The position numbers and the translations under genes were made by a program. A stretch of 64,000 nucleotides of DNA, the filler included, from Stramenopiles sp. TOSAG23-3 (taxonomy: Eukaryota), in assembly GCA_900128585.1 (NCBI GenBank). It is 41 parts of 41 records of this genome, joined end to end, with 100 filler letters (N's around TTAATTAATTAA, not from the genome) between each part and the next. Parts side by side here need not be neighbours in the genome. Positions count along the whole stretch, not along the records: positions 43,918 to 45,375 come from LT645826.1; positions 45,476 to 46,933 come from LT645827.1; positions 47,034 to 48,490 come from LT645828.1; positions 48,591 to 50,046 come from LT645829.1; positions 50,147 to 51,602 come from LT645830.1; positions 51,703 to 53,158 come from LT645831.1; positions 53,259 to 54,713 come from LT645832.1; positions 54,814 to 56,268 come from LT645833.1; 33 more parts are not named here. The stretch is one strand, 5' to 3'. Positions 43,918 through 55,080 of this stretch are shown piece after piece; position 1 is the first letter of the stretch; every line of letters starts with the position of its first letter. Under the pieces are notes generated by a model. The model was not told the DNA's origin, did no database searches, and saw only the letters and a program-made list of their open reading frames with translations.

Positions 43918-44927
43918 CGAGTGACTCTTGCCATCTAAAGCATCCGAGAGCGCGATCGGAACTATCGTTGTGCCGCTGATTTTAATCTCAGACGTTGCAA
44001 CCGCAAACATAACTCTGATACGCTGCTGCAACACAGAGGGGCAAAAGCAATACCCCAAACAGCAAAGGGCGCAGTTCGCCCAACTTTCTCCATTGTGCTC
44101 GTCCAAAAAATAAATGCAGCACACGCCGATCTTTTTCGGCTTCACTTTGCACGTGAGACTCTTCAAGTACGCAGTCACCTGGTGCCTGAATAAAATTACA
44201 AAGTAATAAACGACGGGGTTGTACTTGAACAAGAAGCAAGACGGTGTGAGAATGATGAGAAAGAGAAAAATTACGGTCAGTATCGACGGTGCCAAAGCAA
44301 TGTCATTGCCCCCAATGGAGCAAACGATCATGTCGTTGGGCTTGATGTGATCCCGGATGTACTCGTCCGAATCCAAGAGTTTCCCGCCGCAGCGAGGAAC
44401 GCAGCAGAGCTCGCAGCCTCCAGTCCTGGTGGACAGCGTCGTGGCCTCCACAGCTGTGTTCACGCAGTACACCCTTTCGTTCGGCGATCGCTTCGTTAAC
44501 TTTTCGTTGATCCAATAGTTCACGTCCTTCACCATGCCAGGGGGTTTAGGACTGTCTCGTAACCGTTCAAGGCAGGAGCGGTGAACTGAAATATCCTATT
44601 TTCGAAGTCGCGGTGAAACGACTCGGCTGCTTGGTAGCCAGTAAACAGCCATGCTTTGTTGTCCAACGACGAATCGCCACAGAGCCAAATGCATGTGGAC
44701 TGTTCGCCGTGAAAAGAACGCAACGCTTCGCTGATTCGGTCCGTGAAAGTCCACAGGTGCCCGTAAAACGTTTCATAGTAACGCCCGCTCCTTACCATCT
44801 CCAACGGAGGGGAAGGCGCACCAGCACCAATAAGCTCAGACTGTTCGTCTGGGGAGTCACCCTCCTCTTGCAAAGTTGACATGTCAATAAGCAATGGTTG
44901 CCGGTCGTTAGATAAGCACGTACCCAC
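43918..44927 (-). pseudogene. SGNH-like hydrolase split by an apparent 1-nt frameshift at 44540-44544 (pseudogene or assembly error)
   Basis: The upstream ORF has CGDSSLDNKAW (block I) and the downstream ORF has SIGGNDIAL (block III). Adding one C joins them as VLNPPGMVKDVNYW. Confidence 0.65.
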
Positions 44928-45294
44928 TTGGTGAATCCCACCTATTTACTATTGAAAAAAGATAAAGTTTGATATCACGAAGTAATCCGGAAGGGATACA
45001 CATCCTTATTATATATAGACGACTAAAACTTGCTTTGGGTTACGATGTGTCACCCCGCGATGTGTGATGGAACAGAGCAAAGAAGAAGAAAGAAGAAAAC
45101 AAAAAAAGAAAACAACCAACTACCCATCATCATCACATTACACAGCATTAATGCTGTGTAGTGATATTATAATTCTGTTTTTATATACTCCTTGTCATTT
45201 CGCGGGAAACGTCATCCTCCTCTATTCTTTTATAAAATTATTGAGATATTTAAATAACAATGGTGTGTTGTTCTTATTATTAATGACAACAAGG

Positions 45295-45375
45295 AAAAAA
45301 AAGAAGAAGAAAGAAGAAGAAGAAGAAGAAGAAGAAGAAGAAGAAGAAGAAGAAGAAGAAGAAGAAGAAGAAGAA
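45295..45375. repeat. (GAA)n microsatellite
   Basis: Direct reading at contig end. Confidence 0.9.
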
Positions 45376-45475
45376 NNNNNNNNNNNNNNNNNNNNNNNNN
45401 NNNNNNNNNNNNNNNNNNNTTAATTAATTAANNNNNNNNNNNNNNNNNNNNNNNNNNNNNNNNNNNNNNNNNNNN

Positions 45476-46152
45476 TTAGTATGAACCGGTGTTCTTTCGA
45501 ATAAGTACTTTAAGTCCGTTTTGGCGAGGCAACACAGTTGTTTCAGGGTAGTAGCACTGTCTAGGACCAGTTTCGTGTCGTTCTCGGAAATGTTCAACGC
45601 CAAAAAGAACGCGTTTTGGAGCCAGAGGCACGTTGCTCTCGACGACACGTCCCCCACCAGCAAATCGTCGTTGTACTGCCTCACGTAAGCCTGCACTTGC
45701 GACCGTTTCATCTTTGAATGAATTTTCGCGGATCCTTCCATCGTATCGTAGATCTCTTCCCCCGTGGACCCTCCGAAGAGGCATTTGTGGTGGCTACTAG
45801 CGCCGGACGATTTCACTAGTTTCAATGCCATACGAAAATTCAGAAACAATACCACGGGCTTAGCGCTATGGCTGGACTGCGCAGTGGAGGAGTTGTGCTT
45901 CAACCACGCCGACAGTTTGAAGAGTTCATTGTCAACGAGGCGGCCCGAAACGAACACAAAGGGCATTCCGTTGAAACTACAGTCTGGGCGAAACCCCGCG
46001 CTTTTAACTACTTTAACGATTGAACGCTGTCTCGAACGACTTGCGATGTTCTTAAAGCACGCGGACAGGCGAGGGTACTCTTCCACGAACCGTGCGGACA
46101 TGAGGAGGATGTTCTCAGCTTTCGTTGATGTTTTCTGGCCTCGTCGTTCCAT
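45476..46152 (-). CDS. Hypothetical protein, 3'-truncated
   Basis: GC-moderate ORF open to the contig edge and bounded upstream by AT-rich DNA. No family recognised. Confidence 0.5.
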
Positions 46153-47033
46153 TTCAAACGTCAACGCAGTATGTTTGAAAAAACGAAAAGAGACAGCAAG
46201 GTATGGTTGAAAACGCTTTAGAATGATTTTAAAAATAATTTCTTCAATGAAATTGAATGGAATTATTTGTATACGGTTGTAAAAGAATGAATAATTCTAT
46301 CGTTAGATAAGTATAGTAAAAAGAATAAGTGGATAAAATATATTATNNNNNNNNNNNNNNTATTAGTAGCAATTTCGAAGAAGGTGTTGTTGATGATGAT
46401 GATTGTGGTATACGAGGAGTAATATTTAATAATAAAAAAAAAATAATAAAATTTTTTTTTAAAATATGATGATGAATGAAGAAGAAGAAGAAGAAGAAGA
46501 AAAAGAAGAAGAAAGAAGAAGAAAGAAGAAGAAGAAGAAGAAAGAAAAAAAAGAAAAAAAACACCACAGGGGACACAGTATACACAATGGCCCAAACTTT
46601 AATTATGAAATTTCTACTACATCATCGAATAAATAGACTAATACTAATTAGACTAGTCGTCTAGTTCCACTAGTCGTCTACGCCCACAGACCAGAGACCA
46701 GAGAGACCCACCAGAGACCAAAGAATTCTTCTAAAGAACAAATATAGAATATAAAATGTTATAGTTGTATTTAATAGTGTATATAAATATAATAATAATA
46801 TAATGATATAGATTTTACAGTAGTATTTTTATTATACAAGTATATAAATCAATGTCAATCAATCGAAAATAGAAAAAATTTAGTCGTCAATCAAAATTTA
46901 ATTTGTTTTATTTATATAGAGCTAGTATATAAGNNNNNNNNNNNNNNNNNNNNNNNNNNNNNNNNNNNNNNNNNNNNTTAATTAATTAANNNNNNNNNNN
47001 NNNNNNNNNNNNNNNNNNNNNNNNNNNNNNNNN

Positions 47034-48490
47034 ATTTGATTTGAGTGATTTTATTTCATCTCCTCAATGCGACTGGGATTTATCAACGAAGAACAAGCAT
47101 CTTGTAAAAATGTACTTGCCATTTATTTTTGTTGGTTTCTTTTATTGTTGGTTTTATTTAAGCAAGTGCCTCTCAGGTAAAAAATTTGACTCCAGAAATT
47201 TTCGCAATCGACTAATTGGCATTGCATCGTTCTTGTGGATAACTACTTTATTTAGCATACACTTTTATCAAGCAATGACTGCGTTTGCTTGCACAGAGCA
47301 ACACAAATTGTTGAAGATGGATTTCTCGTATCGTTGTGTTGAGAGGGATTTTCTTTTTTTTATGAAGGTTGGTCACGGTGGCGAATACGAAGTTATTTAT
47401 TTGCTGTTTATCGTCGTAGTTAGGTTAGGGTTATTAGGTTTAGGGTGGTTAGGGTTAGTGTCATATTGTTGGGGAATGAGAAAACGCGGAAGAAATGCCG
47501 TTGGTGGACAAATGCATCTGGGCGGCTTTCAACTTCTGTTTGTTTTTACCCCTATTTATCTGGTAATAATTTTTTTGTATTCGCTGTTCACTGACCATCT
47601 CTACGAAGACTCTAAAATAGCTGCTGACGGTTATTCATGGTCTATTCCGGCCATCGTGGTGTCAATGGGATGTATTCTAGTTTCAATAGTTCATGCATTT
47701 GACTGTAAAATAGGAGAAAATCTTGACCGCATTCTTGTAGAAGAAAAATGCCAGAATGGGAAGATCCGTACATGTGTCCAAATTTCTACAAAGCACAATA
47801 TGTCCAAATGGTGAAGAAGTCATATGGGAAGAAATTTAAACCAACACTCTTATTTTTTGTTAGTCTTCCTATAGTTTTTCCTACTCTTGTTTTAAATTGG
47901 CTTAACGTTTTAAAACACAACCGCAACTGCCTCTGTATTTACAACAACCGAGTGACTGTATTACGAGCTTGGGGCATGGCGGACGAAGACGATAAAACAT
48001 GTTTTGCGCTGTGGAATTTTTACCTAGCCCCAGGACCTACAGTCATTAAACGGATTAACAAACCGTGTTATGATTGTGAATATTGTGACAATCGACAACG
48101 GTATGGATGGTTTTATGATAAATACCATAAGAAATGTGTCAATTATGAATACATTGTATTGCTGCAAAAGATTAGTATTGCTTTGATAGTATTGTTTTCA
48201 GATGAATCTACTAACACATCATTGATACTGTTGGTGGTTCTTAACGTGATTTTCATATTTGTTATTGCATGTTACCAACCATATTTGACAGATAAAGAAT
48301 TTGAAAAGGTGCAACGCGTAGGACGGGCAAAGGCAAATGTTAAACGTGACAAGAAATGTTCAAGAGAAGCATTTGGAGTGAACAATACCTTAGATATTGT
48401 GTTTTTATGTGCGGTAACTTGTACGTTGATATCGGAGTTAATTACGCATGACTTAAAACAAGAGTTGTTGTTGAAGGGCACGTATTCGCT
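47034..48490 (+). CDS. Multi-pass membrane protein (TRP-C-terminal-like TM region), apparently frameshifted at the A5 run 47744-47748
   Basis: Two overlapping hydrophobic ORFs with motifs AFAC....LLKMD.S..C and YGWFYDKY....YEYIVLLQKI...YQPY...NNTLD, typical of the TM tail of large protist surface proteins. Confidence 0.6.
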
Positions 48491-48731
48491 NNNNNNNNNN
48501 NNNNNNNNNNNNNNNNNNNNNNNNNNNNNNNNNNTTAATTAATTAANNNNNNNNNNNNNNNNNNNNNNNNNNNNNNNNNNNNNNNNNNNNAAGCAAGGAA
48601 GAGAGTGTGTGCGTGCGTTAGTTTGCGTGAAGGGATATTCGAGAGGTGCATAGAACGTTTATTGACGGAAGAAGAAGAGAAAGTAGTTGGTTGTGCAAGC
48701 GGCGGAGTCAAGACCAAACCGTGACGAAATC

Positions 48732-49925
48732 ATGAGTGCGGCGCCTGCGTCAACAACGTCTTCGGCGGACGTAAAGCTGGAGGGCAAGGACGTGGTTGAA
48801 TTGCAGGCGGAGGTGGACCGGTTGAGGAAAGAAGTGAATTCGCAAATCGTTAAGAAACGGTTGCCACGGTCCCATTCGGTAGACTTGGACGACGACGACA
48901 CGAACGCCCACACGCAGTTTCGCTCGGCGGTGAAAGAGGTGTCCGGGAGGGACCAGGGCGCCGGGCAGCTGAGCGTAGATAGCATAACGGCGCGGAAGTA
49001 TTTGAAAGGGCATTACGGGAAGGTGTACTCGGTCCATTGGTCGGCGGACAACGAGCGGGTCATTTCGGCGTCCCAGGACGGGACCCTGATCGTATGGAAC
49101 GGCCAGACGCAGAATAAAATCAGCCTTATCCCGCTCCGGTGCAGCTGGGTCATGTCCTGCGCCTTCGACCAGACGACGCCAAAGTCCACGACCGTCGCCT
49201 GCGGAGGCCTAGACAACGTGTGCACGATTTACGTGGGGGACAGCGACAGCGACAACCCGTACGCGAACGGGCCGAAGGCGGAGCTCGTGGGCCACGACGG
49301 GTACGTATCCTGCTGCCGGTTCGCAACGGCGGACAAGATCATCACGAGCAGCGGGGACCAGTCCTGCGCGATCTGGGACATTACGAATGAGCGCCGTGTC
49401 GCCTCCTTCACCGGGCACACGAGCGATGTCATGTACACGTCGATAAACCCGACCAACTCGAACGTGTTCGCCTCCTCGTCCTGCGACATGCAGGCGAGGG
49501 TCTGGGACTCGAGGGCCCCGCAGTACTCGACCCACGAATTTTGGGGGCACGACGGGGACGTGAATTGTGTAGAGTTTTTCTCCGACGGGAACACCATCGT
49601 TACCGGGTCGGACGATGCCTCGCTGCGCCTCTGGGACCTTCGCTCGGGGAAAGAGTTCGCCACGTTTGCAAGCGACCAGTGCATGACCGGGGTCACGTCC
49701 TTGGCGGTCTCCCACAGCGGTGGGCTCATTTTTTCCGGCCACGACGATTACAACTGCAACGTGTGGAGCACGCTGGAGCCGGACAAGCCCCCGACCACCC
49801 TGATCGCAAAGGCGTACTACTCCCACCATACCCATAAAAGCCGTTTGTCCTGCCTTGGAATCTCCCCCGACGGGTCCGCCCTGTGCTCTGGGAGCTGGGA
49901 CACGAACATTATTATATGGGCGTGA
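48732..49925 (+). CDS. Heterotrimeric G-protein beta subunit (divergent)
   Basis: LKGHYGKVYSVHW, SASQDGTLIVWN, IPLRCSWVMSCAF, VACGGLDNVCTIY, GHDGYVSCCRF, TSSGDQSCAIWD, TGSDDASLRLWDLR and GSWD. Confidence 0.93.
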   Translation: MSAAPASTTSSADVKLEGKDVVELQAEVDRLRKEVNSQIVKKRLPRSHSVDLDDDDTNAHTQFRSAVKEVSGRDQGAGQLSVDSITARKYLKGHYGKVYSVHWSADNERVISASQDGTLIVWNGQTQNKISLIPLRCSWVMSCAFDQTTPKSTTVACGGLDNVCTIYVGDSDSDNPYANGPKAELVGHDGYVSCCRFATADKIITSSGDQSCAIWDITNERRVASFTGHTSDVMYTSINPTNSNVFASSSCDMQARVWDSRAPQYSTHEFWGHDGDVNCVEFFSDGNTIVTGSDDASLRLWDLRSGKEFATFASDQCMTGVTSLAVSHSGGLIFSGHDDYNCNVWSTLEPDKPPTTLIAKAYYSHHTHKSRLSCLGISPDGSALCSGSWDTNIIIWA

Positions 49926-50012
49926 CGGGGAGGGGGAGGGCAAGTAGTAGTGTTAGGTACACGCACGTTTGTAATTTTAGTTTTCACGAATAATGTATTT
50001 ATTAATGCGTAC

Positions 50013-50046
<34 letters not shown>

Positions 50047-50410
50047 NNNNNNNNNNNNNNNNNNNNNNNNNNNNNNNNNNNNNNNNNNNNTTAATTAATT
50101 AANNNNNNNNNNNNNNNNNNNNNNNNNNNNNNNNNNNNNNNNNNNNATATTTTTTTCTTTTTTTTCTTCTTTTTTTTTTGCAATATAATTATTATATAAT
50201 ATTATTAATAATAATAATATATGAGAATTGTTTGTGTAGCGAATGAATTTTTCTTCTTGGTGTTGGCATTTACACATTTCCTAAGTATATTGATAATTGT
50301 CTGATTGTAAGAAAACGAAAGAGTGTGGGATGAAAAAATATTCAAAGCATAGTTTATTCATCAAAAGAAACGAACGTGTTCACATATTAGGCCCTCGTCC
50401 GATTGTTAAA

Positions 50411-50851
50411 ATGGCGGGGTGCGTAGCGTCTCAGTCAGATTTGAATATCGCGCCGATAACCAACGTTTTGCACCGTCTTATGCATTGCATGGACCAGGGC
50501 TATGGGAAAGGCTTCGCGAAGTGTTTTGCGGAAGATGGCGTATTGGAAATAAAAATAGCAAAATCGAAATCGGAAGGACGAGAGGCGATTGCAAAATCGT
50601 GTGAGGGAATCCATGGAAAATTTTGCAGTGCCCCCCTTCGCTGCAAGCATTGGGAAGGGAACGTCTACGTTGAAACCGTGAACGAGAACACGGCCACAAA
50701 TTTGTCGTATTGGAAGGCACTCAGCGGCGGCGAAATCGTTTCCACTGGTATTCACCGGGACACATTCGTTCGGTCCCAGACAGATGGGGCATGGCTGGTC
50801 AAGTACAGGATGATTGAGCACACCTGGACGAAGGCCGGTGGGCACGTGTAA
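50411..50851 (+). CDS. SnoaL/NTF2-like domain protein
   Basis: I..VLHR..HCMD.G...FAKCFAEDG.L......GREAI...H......G.H.D.FVR..DG.WL...R pattern. Confidence 0.8.
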   Translation: MAGCVASQSDLNIAPITNVLHRLMHCMDQGYGKGFAKCFAEDGVLEIKIAKSKSEGREAIAKSCEGIHGKFCSAPLRCKHWEGNVYVETVNENTATNLSYWKALSGGEIVSTGIHRDTFVRSQTDGAWLVKYRMIEHTWTKAGGHV

Positions 50852-51056
50852 GGATGCAAGATGCACTTCTCGTAGATAAGCTATGGATCCGTGGTGTTGT
50901 ATATAGACTAATTTAAAAAAAAAAAACACGAAACGTCCGTAATTTGTGTTGTGTCTGGCGAAATGTCATTAATTCATAATGGCTGTTATTTAGGTATTTG
51001 ACACTTATGTCCAGTAAAGTTTTACTGGTAGAAACAAGGGAGTGTTAACGTACAAA

Positions 51057-51602
51057 TTATATAGTAGTTTGGGTTAAGGACTCTATTTTCGCCATTAATC
51101 GCTTTACCTCATCTTCCTTTTCTATCTTCAGCCGTTTGTTCTCTGCATCCTTCCTCTCATTCTTCGTCTTTAATCGCTTTATCTCATCTTCCTTTTCCAC
51201 CTTCAATCGCTTCACCTCTGCATCCTTCATTTCGTACCTCTCTTTCCACCGCTTGTTCTCCTTCCCCGACATGCCCAACGCTTTAAATACCGGAGCCATT
51301 TCTACACGGCTCGCCATTCTCGATTGATAGCTTGACGTCCGCCGAGAACGATACATGGGATTGGTAAAGGTTTTGTCCTCCTCCAGTACAATGTTCGGCT
51401 GGCGTCGCTTGCAACGCTTGGTCAAACGCTTCCAATGCAGTGCGACGTCGGGCATACTCTTTCCAACGTAGGCATACCCGAGCATCACGATGCAGTACAC
51501 GAAAAAACATGAATTAAGAAGCGCTATCACTACCATGAGCGTCATGCAAGACCACGTGTCTTTCTCGCAGTAGGGAGAGTCTTTAAAGTAGAACCCCGAC
51601 CA
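51057..51602 (-). CDS. C-terminus of a membrane protein with a repeated coiled-coil tail
   Basis: TM helix followed by (KDAE.KRLK.EKEDE.KRL)x2. Confidence 0.65.
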   Translation of the reverse strand, partial: WSGFYFKDSPYCEKDTWSCMTLMVVIALLNSCFFVYCIVMLGYAYVGKSMPDVALHWKRLTKRCKRRQPNIVLEEDKTFTNPMYRSRRTSSYQSRMASRVEMAPVFKALGMSGKENKRWKERYEMKDAEVKRLKVEKEDEIKRLKTKNERKDAENKRLKIEKEDEVKRLMAKIESLTQTTI

Positions 51603-51704
51603 NNNNNNNNNNNNNNNNNNNNNNNNNNNNNNNNNNNNNNNNNNNNTTAATTAATTAANNNNNNNNNNNNNNNNNNNNNNNNNNNNNNNNNNNNNNNNNN
51701 NNTA

Positions 51705-53158
51705 AAAGATGCGTACAAACGCTACTTTGACAACTTAGACAATCCCGATGCGCGTTCGAGAGCGTTTGAGATCATTGAGCAACTCAGACAAGCGCTGAAT
51801 CCTTACACGTTGAATACGCTGGTAACTGAAACTTACTCGCACGACCCAGAGAGGACGTATGCCATGGAAGGGGTGCACATAAAAGAGACCACGGCCATTC
51901 GGCTGGGGGATGAGTTTGAATTGAAATATGATTGTGTGGACGAAAACATGAACAAAGTACCGAATGCCAGCAACCTCGACATCAATTTTGTGGACAAAAC
52001 TGGAAATTTTACCCTGGAGATTCTTGCCAAGACGTGCGTTGCTGGTTCAGTTGTAGCGCAATGTAAAATAGTCCCCAAGCGTAGAGCGAGCAGTTCTGTG
52101 ACAATTGAGAAACTCATTGAATTGTTTGCGAGTTGGAAAGACCACAAAGGAAGTGTCAAGCAAACCTCAGTCACGTTTACAGTGTTGCCGGGATTACTTG
52201 ATTCGCTAGAGTACAATGGAGTCCCAGTACAGTTAAATAATACCACAAACCAAACTGTGTTTGAAATCGGTATGAAGGACAAGTATGGTAATTTTACCAA
52301 TTATTCTCCAACGCTGTGGGAAGTTGAGATCCATGGCGCTTCTGCCCAAAGCTACAAGTGTGTATTGGAACAAGGCGAATCCAGTGTGAAGATAAAACTG
52401 ACCTTAAAGCCACTGTTCTGGAGACTTATGGCATGCAAGCACAAAAAGTACGATTTTGAGCTGCATGATGACAAGGGTCACACATTAGTCGTTGAGTTGT
52501 TAGTCGCAAATTTCTTGGAACCGGCCGAGCTTGTGTTTTGCGACAAAGACAGTGGTGAAGCCATTGGCCAAGGAATTGTCGACAAAGTGTCGGCTTCAAA
52601 AGCTGATAAACGAGATTTCCCTTTCAGTTTAAAATTCAGAAAGGGGGAAAAATTATGCAGCGACGACGATGTCAAACACTATTTATCATACAAACGTTGC
52701 TACTATCGTGTCCATGAAAAAGCATTCCAAGAAGGGGCATCTGACACAGAGAGCGATGAGTCAGAGTTGGACGACAGCAGTGATAGTAGCGACAGCGACG
52801 AAAGTATTGATCGCCAGACAAGTTCGCACATTGAATTCAAACCGTTCCACTATAAGTCGCTGCCAAGACTGTGCATGGGGTCAAAAGCGTGCGTTATGTG
52901 TGTCACAGTAAAAGTTGACTTCAATTCGAACTTCAGTTCGAATCAACCACCGCTTCGACGGAGTTTTTATGTCGAGGTACTTCCTGATACTAATGGTGCC
53001 GTTTGGCATATACTGAAGAAAAAAAAACTGAAAGATTTGCGTCTGAACGGAGAGATTAAATCCTTAGTTGAATCGTTGGAATATAGTGACCAATTTCAGA
53101 ACCCGATTGATTTGACATCACTGAAAGCGCAGCCAACCATTTCGTTGCATCCTGATTG
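51705..53158 (+). CDS. Large protein fragment with Ig-like beta repeats (possibly SMCHD1/GMI1-like middle region)
   Basis: Frame open across the contig, with recurring D..GN-type motifs (VDENMN, MKDKYGN, SDQFQNP). Family assignment is tentative. Confidence 0.5.
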
Positions 53159-53260
53159 NNNNNNNNNNNNNNNNNNNNNNNNNNNNNNNNNNNNNNNNNN
53201 NNTTAATTAATTAANNNNNNNNNNNNNNNNNNNNNNNNNNNNNNNNNNNNNNNNNNNNTA

Positions 53261-54634
53261 AAGACAGCCGACGACAAATTCTCTACAAAGTTGAAGACGA
53301 TAGAAGAGACAATGGGGCCATTATCTACAAAGCTGAAGACGATAGAAACGACGATGAAGTCCAGGAGAATAAAACGCGGCCCACCTGGAGTAGCCGGCGC
53401 CACAGGAGCACGGGGGGCTACTGGAGAGCGCGGAGACACGGGGCGAGACGGCCGTAGCGGGGCTCCGGGTGGCGTTGGCAAACCAGGAGGCCGCGGCCCA
53501 CGAGGGGTAGCCGGCACCACAGGAGCACGGGGAGGTCCTGGAGAACGCGGAGACACGGGGCGAGACGGCCATAGCGGGGCTCCGGGTGGAGTTGGCAAAC
53601 CAGGAGACCGCGGCCCACGGGGGGTAGCTGGCACCACAGGAGCACGGGGGGGTCGTGGAGAGCGCGGAGACACGGGGCGAGACGGCCGTGGAGGGGCTCC
53701 GGGTCGCGTTGGCAAACCGGGTGACCGCGGCCCACGGGGGGTAGCCGGCACTGGGTTGACATTGAAATCATTTTCCACTGGTTCAAACTATTCAAAAGGT
53801 GACTATGTCTTTTCTCGCGCACGTGCTGGCAAACACAATTCAATGTTTGTGGCAGAGAGAAATTTCGTTGCGAAAACAGTCCCTTCGGGGGATATAGGAA
53901 ACTGGGAAGAGTTCCAGGCACCGAAGGGAGAAAAGGGTAATAATGGTACTCCAGGATTGAATGGGAAAAATGGTGCCACCGGACCAACTGGTGCGACGGG
54001 GGCAGCCCTGCCCAATGTAAGCATTGGCCGTAGTAACGACGACAGGATTATACCTCTTCCTTCCCCAGCACAACCCGGCGATTTTGAAGTGAGCGATTTT
54101 CAGGTGTACAAGGTAAAAGTGAAAGGTGAAATGACCAACAAAAATATTCGTTTGGCTTGCGAGGCGAACGGTTTCGCTCCGGTTTGTGATCACGACCAAT
54201 ACATGGACGGACAGTGCGTAATGGTCCACGGAGCATGGCACTTAAGCTATCCACCCCACAATAAGGGGCATCCGGATCTACCCCCAAACAAATTAAAGGG
54301 CGTGTATACGTACTGTGGGTCCGCCAACGAGCGCTTTAGTCGACAGAATACTGGAACGACGCACAGATGGTCCACGGCCGCGGACAAGAATGGCGAAACG
54401 CTGTGCACTATTCGGAGAGCTGGTCAGATGATCAACTGGAATACTTACAGGTTTGTGCGTGTGCGGGTAGAGGGAAAAATGAACAGTAACAATATTATCA
54501 ACGCCTGCAAAAAGGCAAAAATGAAGCCATTGTGCGACCACTCTTTTTATAGCGACGAATACTGTCTCAAGGCAGGCGGCAGTTGGTACTTCTCTCAACT
54601 AAGCTCGAACAAAAAACACGACGTTCCCCCGGCA
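53261..54634 (+). CDS. Collagen-like protein with a CBM5/12-like module and two Cys-rich C-terminal repeats (partial)
   Basis: About 42 uninterrupted Gly-X-Y triplets (53378-53755) built from a 117-nt unit. Then FSTGSNYSKGDYVF...FVA...P....NW, a short second GXY run, and two copies of V.V.G.M...NI..AC.....P.CDH..Y.D..C.....W..S. Confidence 0.88.
53375..53750 (+). repeat. 117-nt tandem repeat (~3.2 copies) encoding the collagen domain
   Basis: CGCGGCCCAC recurs at 53375, 53492, 53609 and 53726. Confidence 0.92.
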
Positions 54635-54713
54635 TTCAGCTTTGTAGATAATGGCCCCATTGTCTCTTCTATCGTCTTCAACTTTGTAGAGAATTTGTCG
54701 TCGGCTGTCTTTA
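54635..54713 (-). repeat. 79-nt inverted copy of the contig start (53259-53337)
   Basis: Exact reverse complement. Confidence 0.92.
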
Positions 54714-55080
54714 NNNNNNNNNNNNNNNNNNNNNNNNNNNNNNNNNNNNNNNNNNNNTTAATTAATTAANNNNNNNNNNNNNNNNNNNNNNNNNNNNNNN
54801 NNNNNNNNNNNNNGTAGATAATAGAGAAATAATATAATAATAAAAATCCTCGTCCTCCCTCCTGTTGTTGTTGTGGCCTGCTTGCTGTACCGGTAGTAAG
54901 TTATAGTAATTTTAAAAAAGTTGTAGTAGTAGTAAAAGTTGATGGAAAAAAACAACTAAACTTAATAAGCGAACGCATTACGATTATTTATGTCATGCAG
55001 TATTAAATGGTCGACTAAGATGGTGCGAGCAAATCGGAACACGATGTATTTTGAAATACAATTGTGTGAGCGTGTTGCTT

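Noticed and set aside
46347-46360. 14-N gap without linker
   Set aside because: Ordinary intra-scaffold gap.
50014-50046. Poly-C tract as G-quadruplex or regulatory element
   Set aside because: Lies at a contig end. Its length is unreliable and may be a sequencing artefact.
53259-54713. DNA transposon with 79-nt TIRs carrying a collagen gene
   Set aside because: The repeat is part of the coding frame, truncates a domain, and no transposase is present. A fold-back chimera is more parsimonious.
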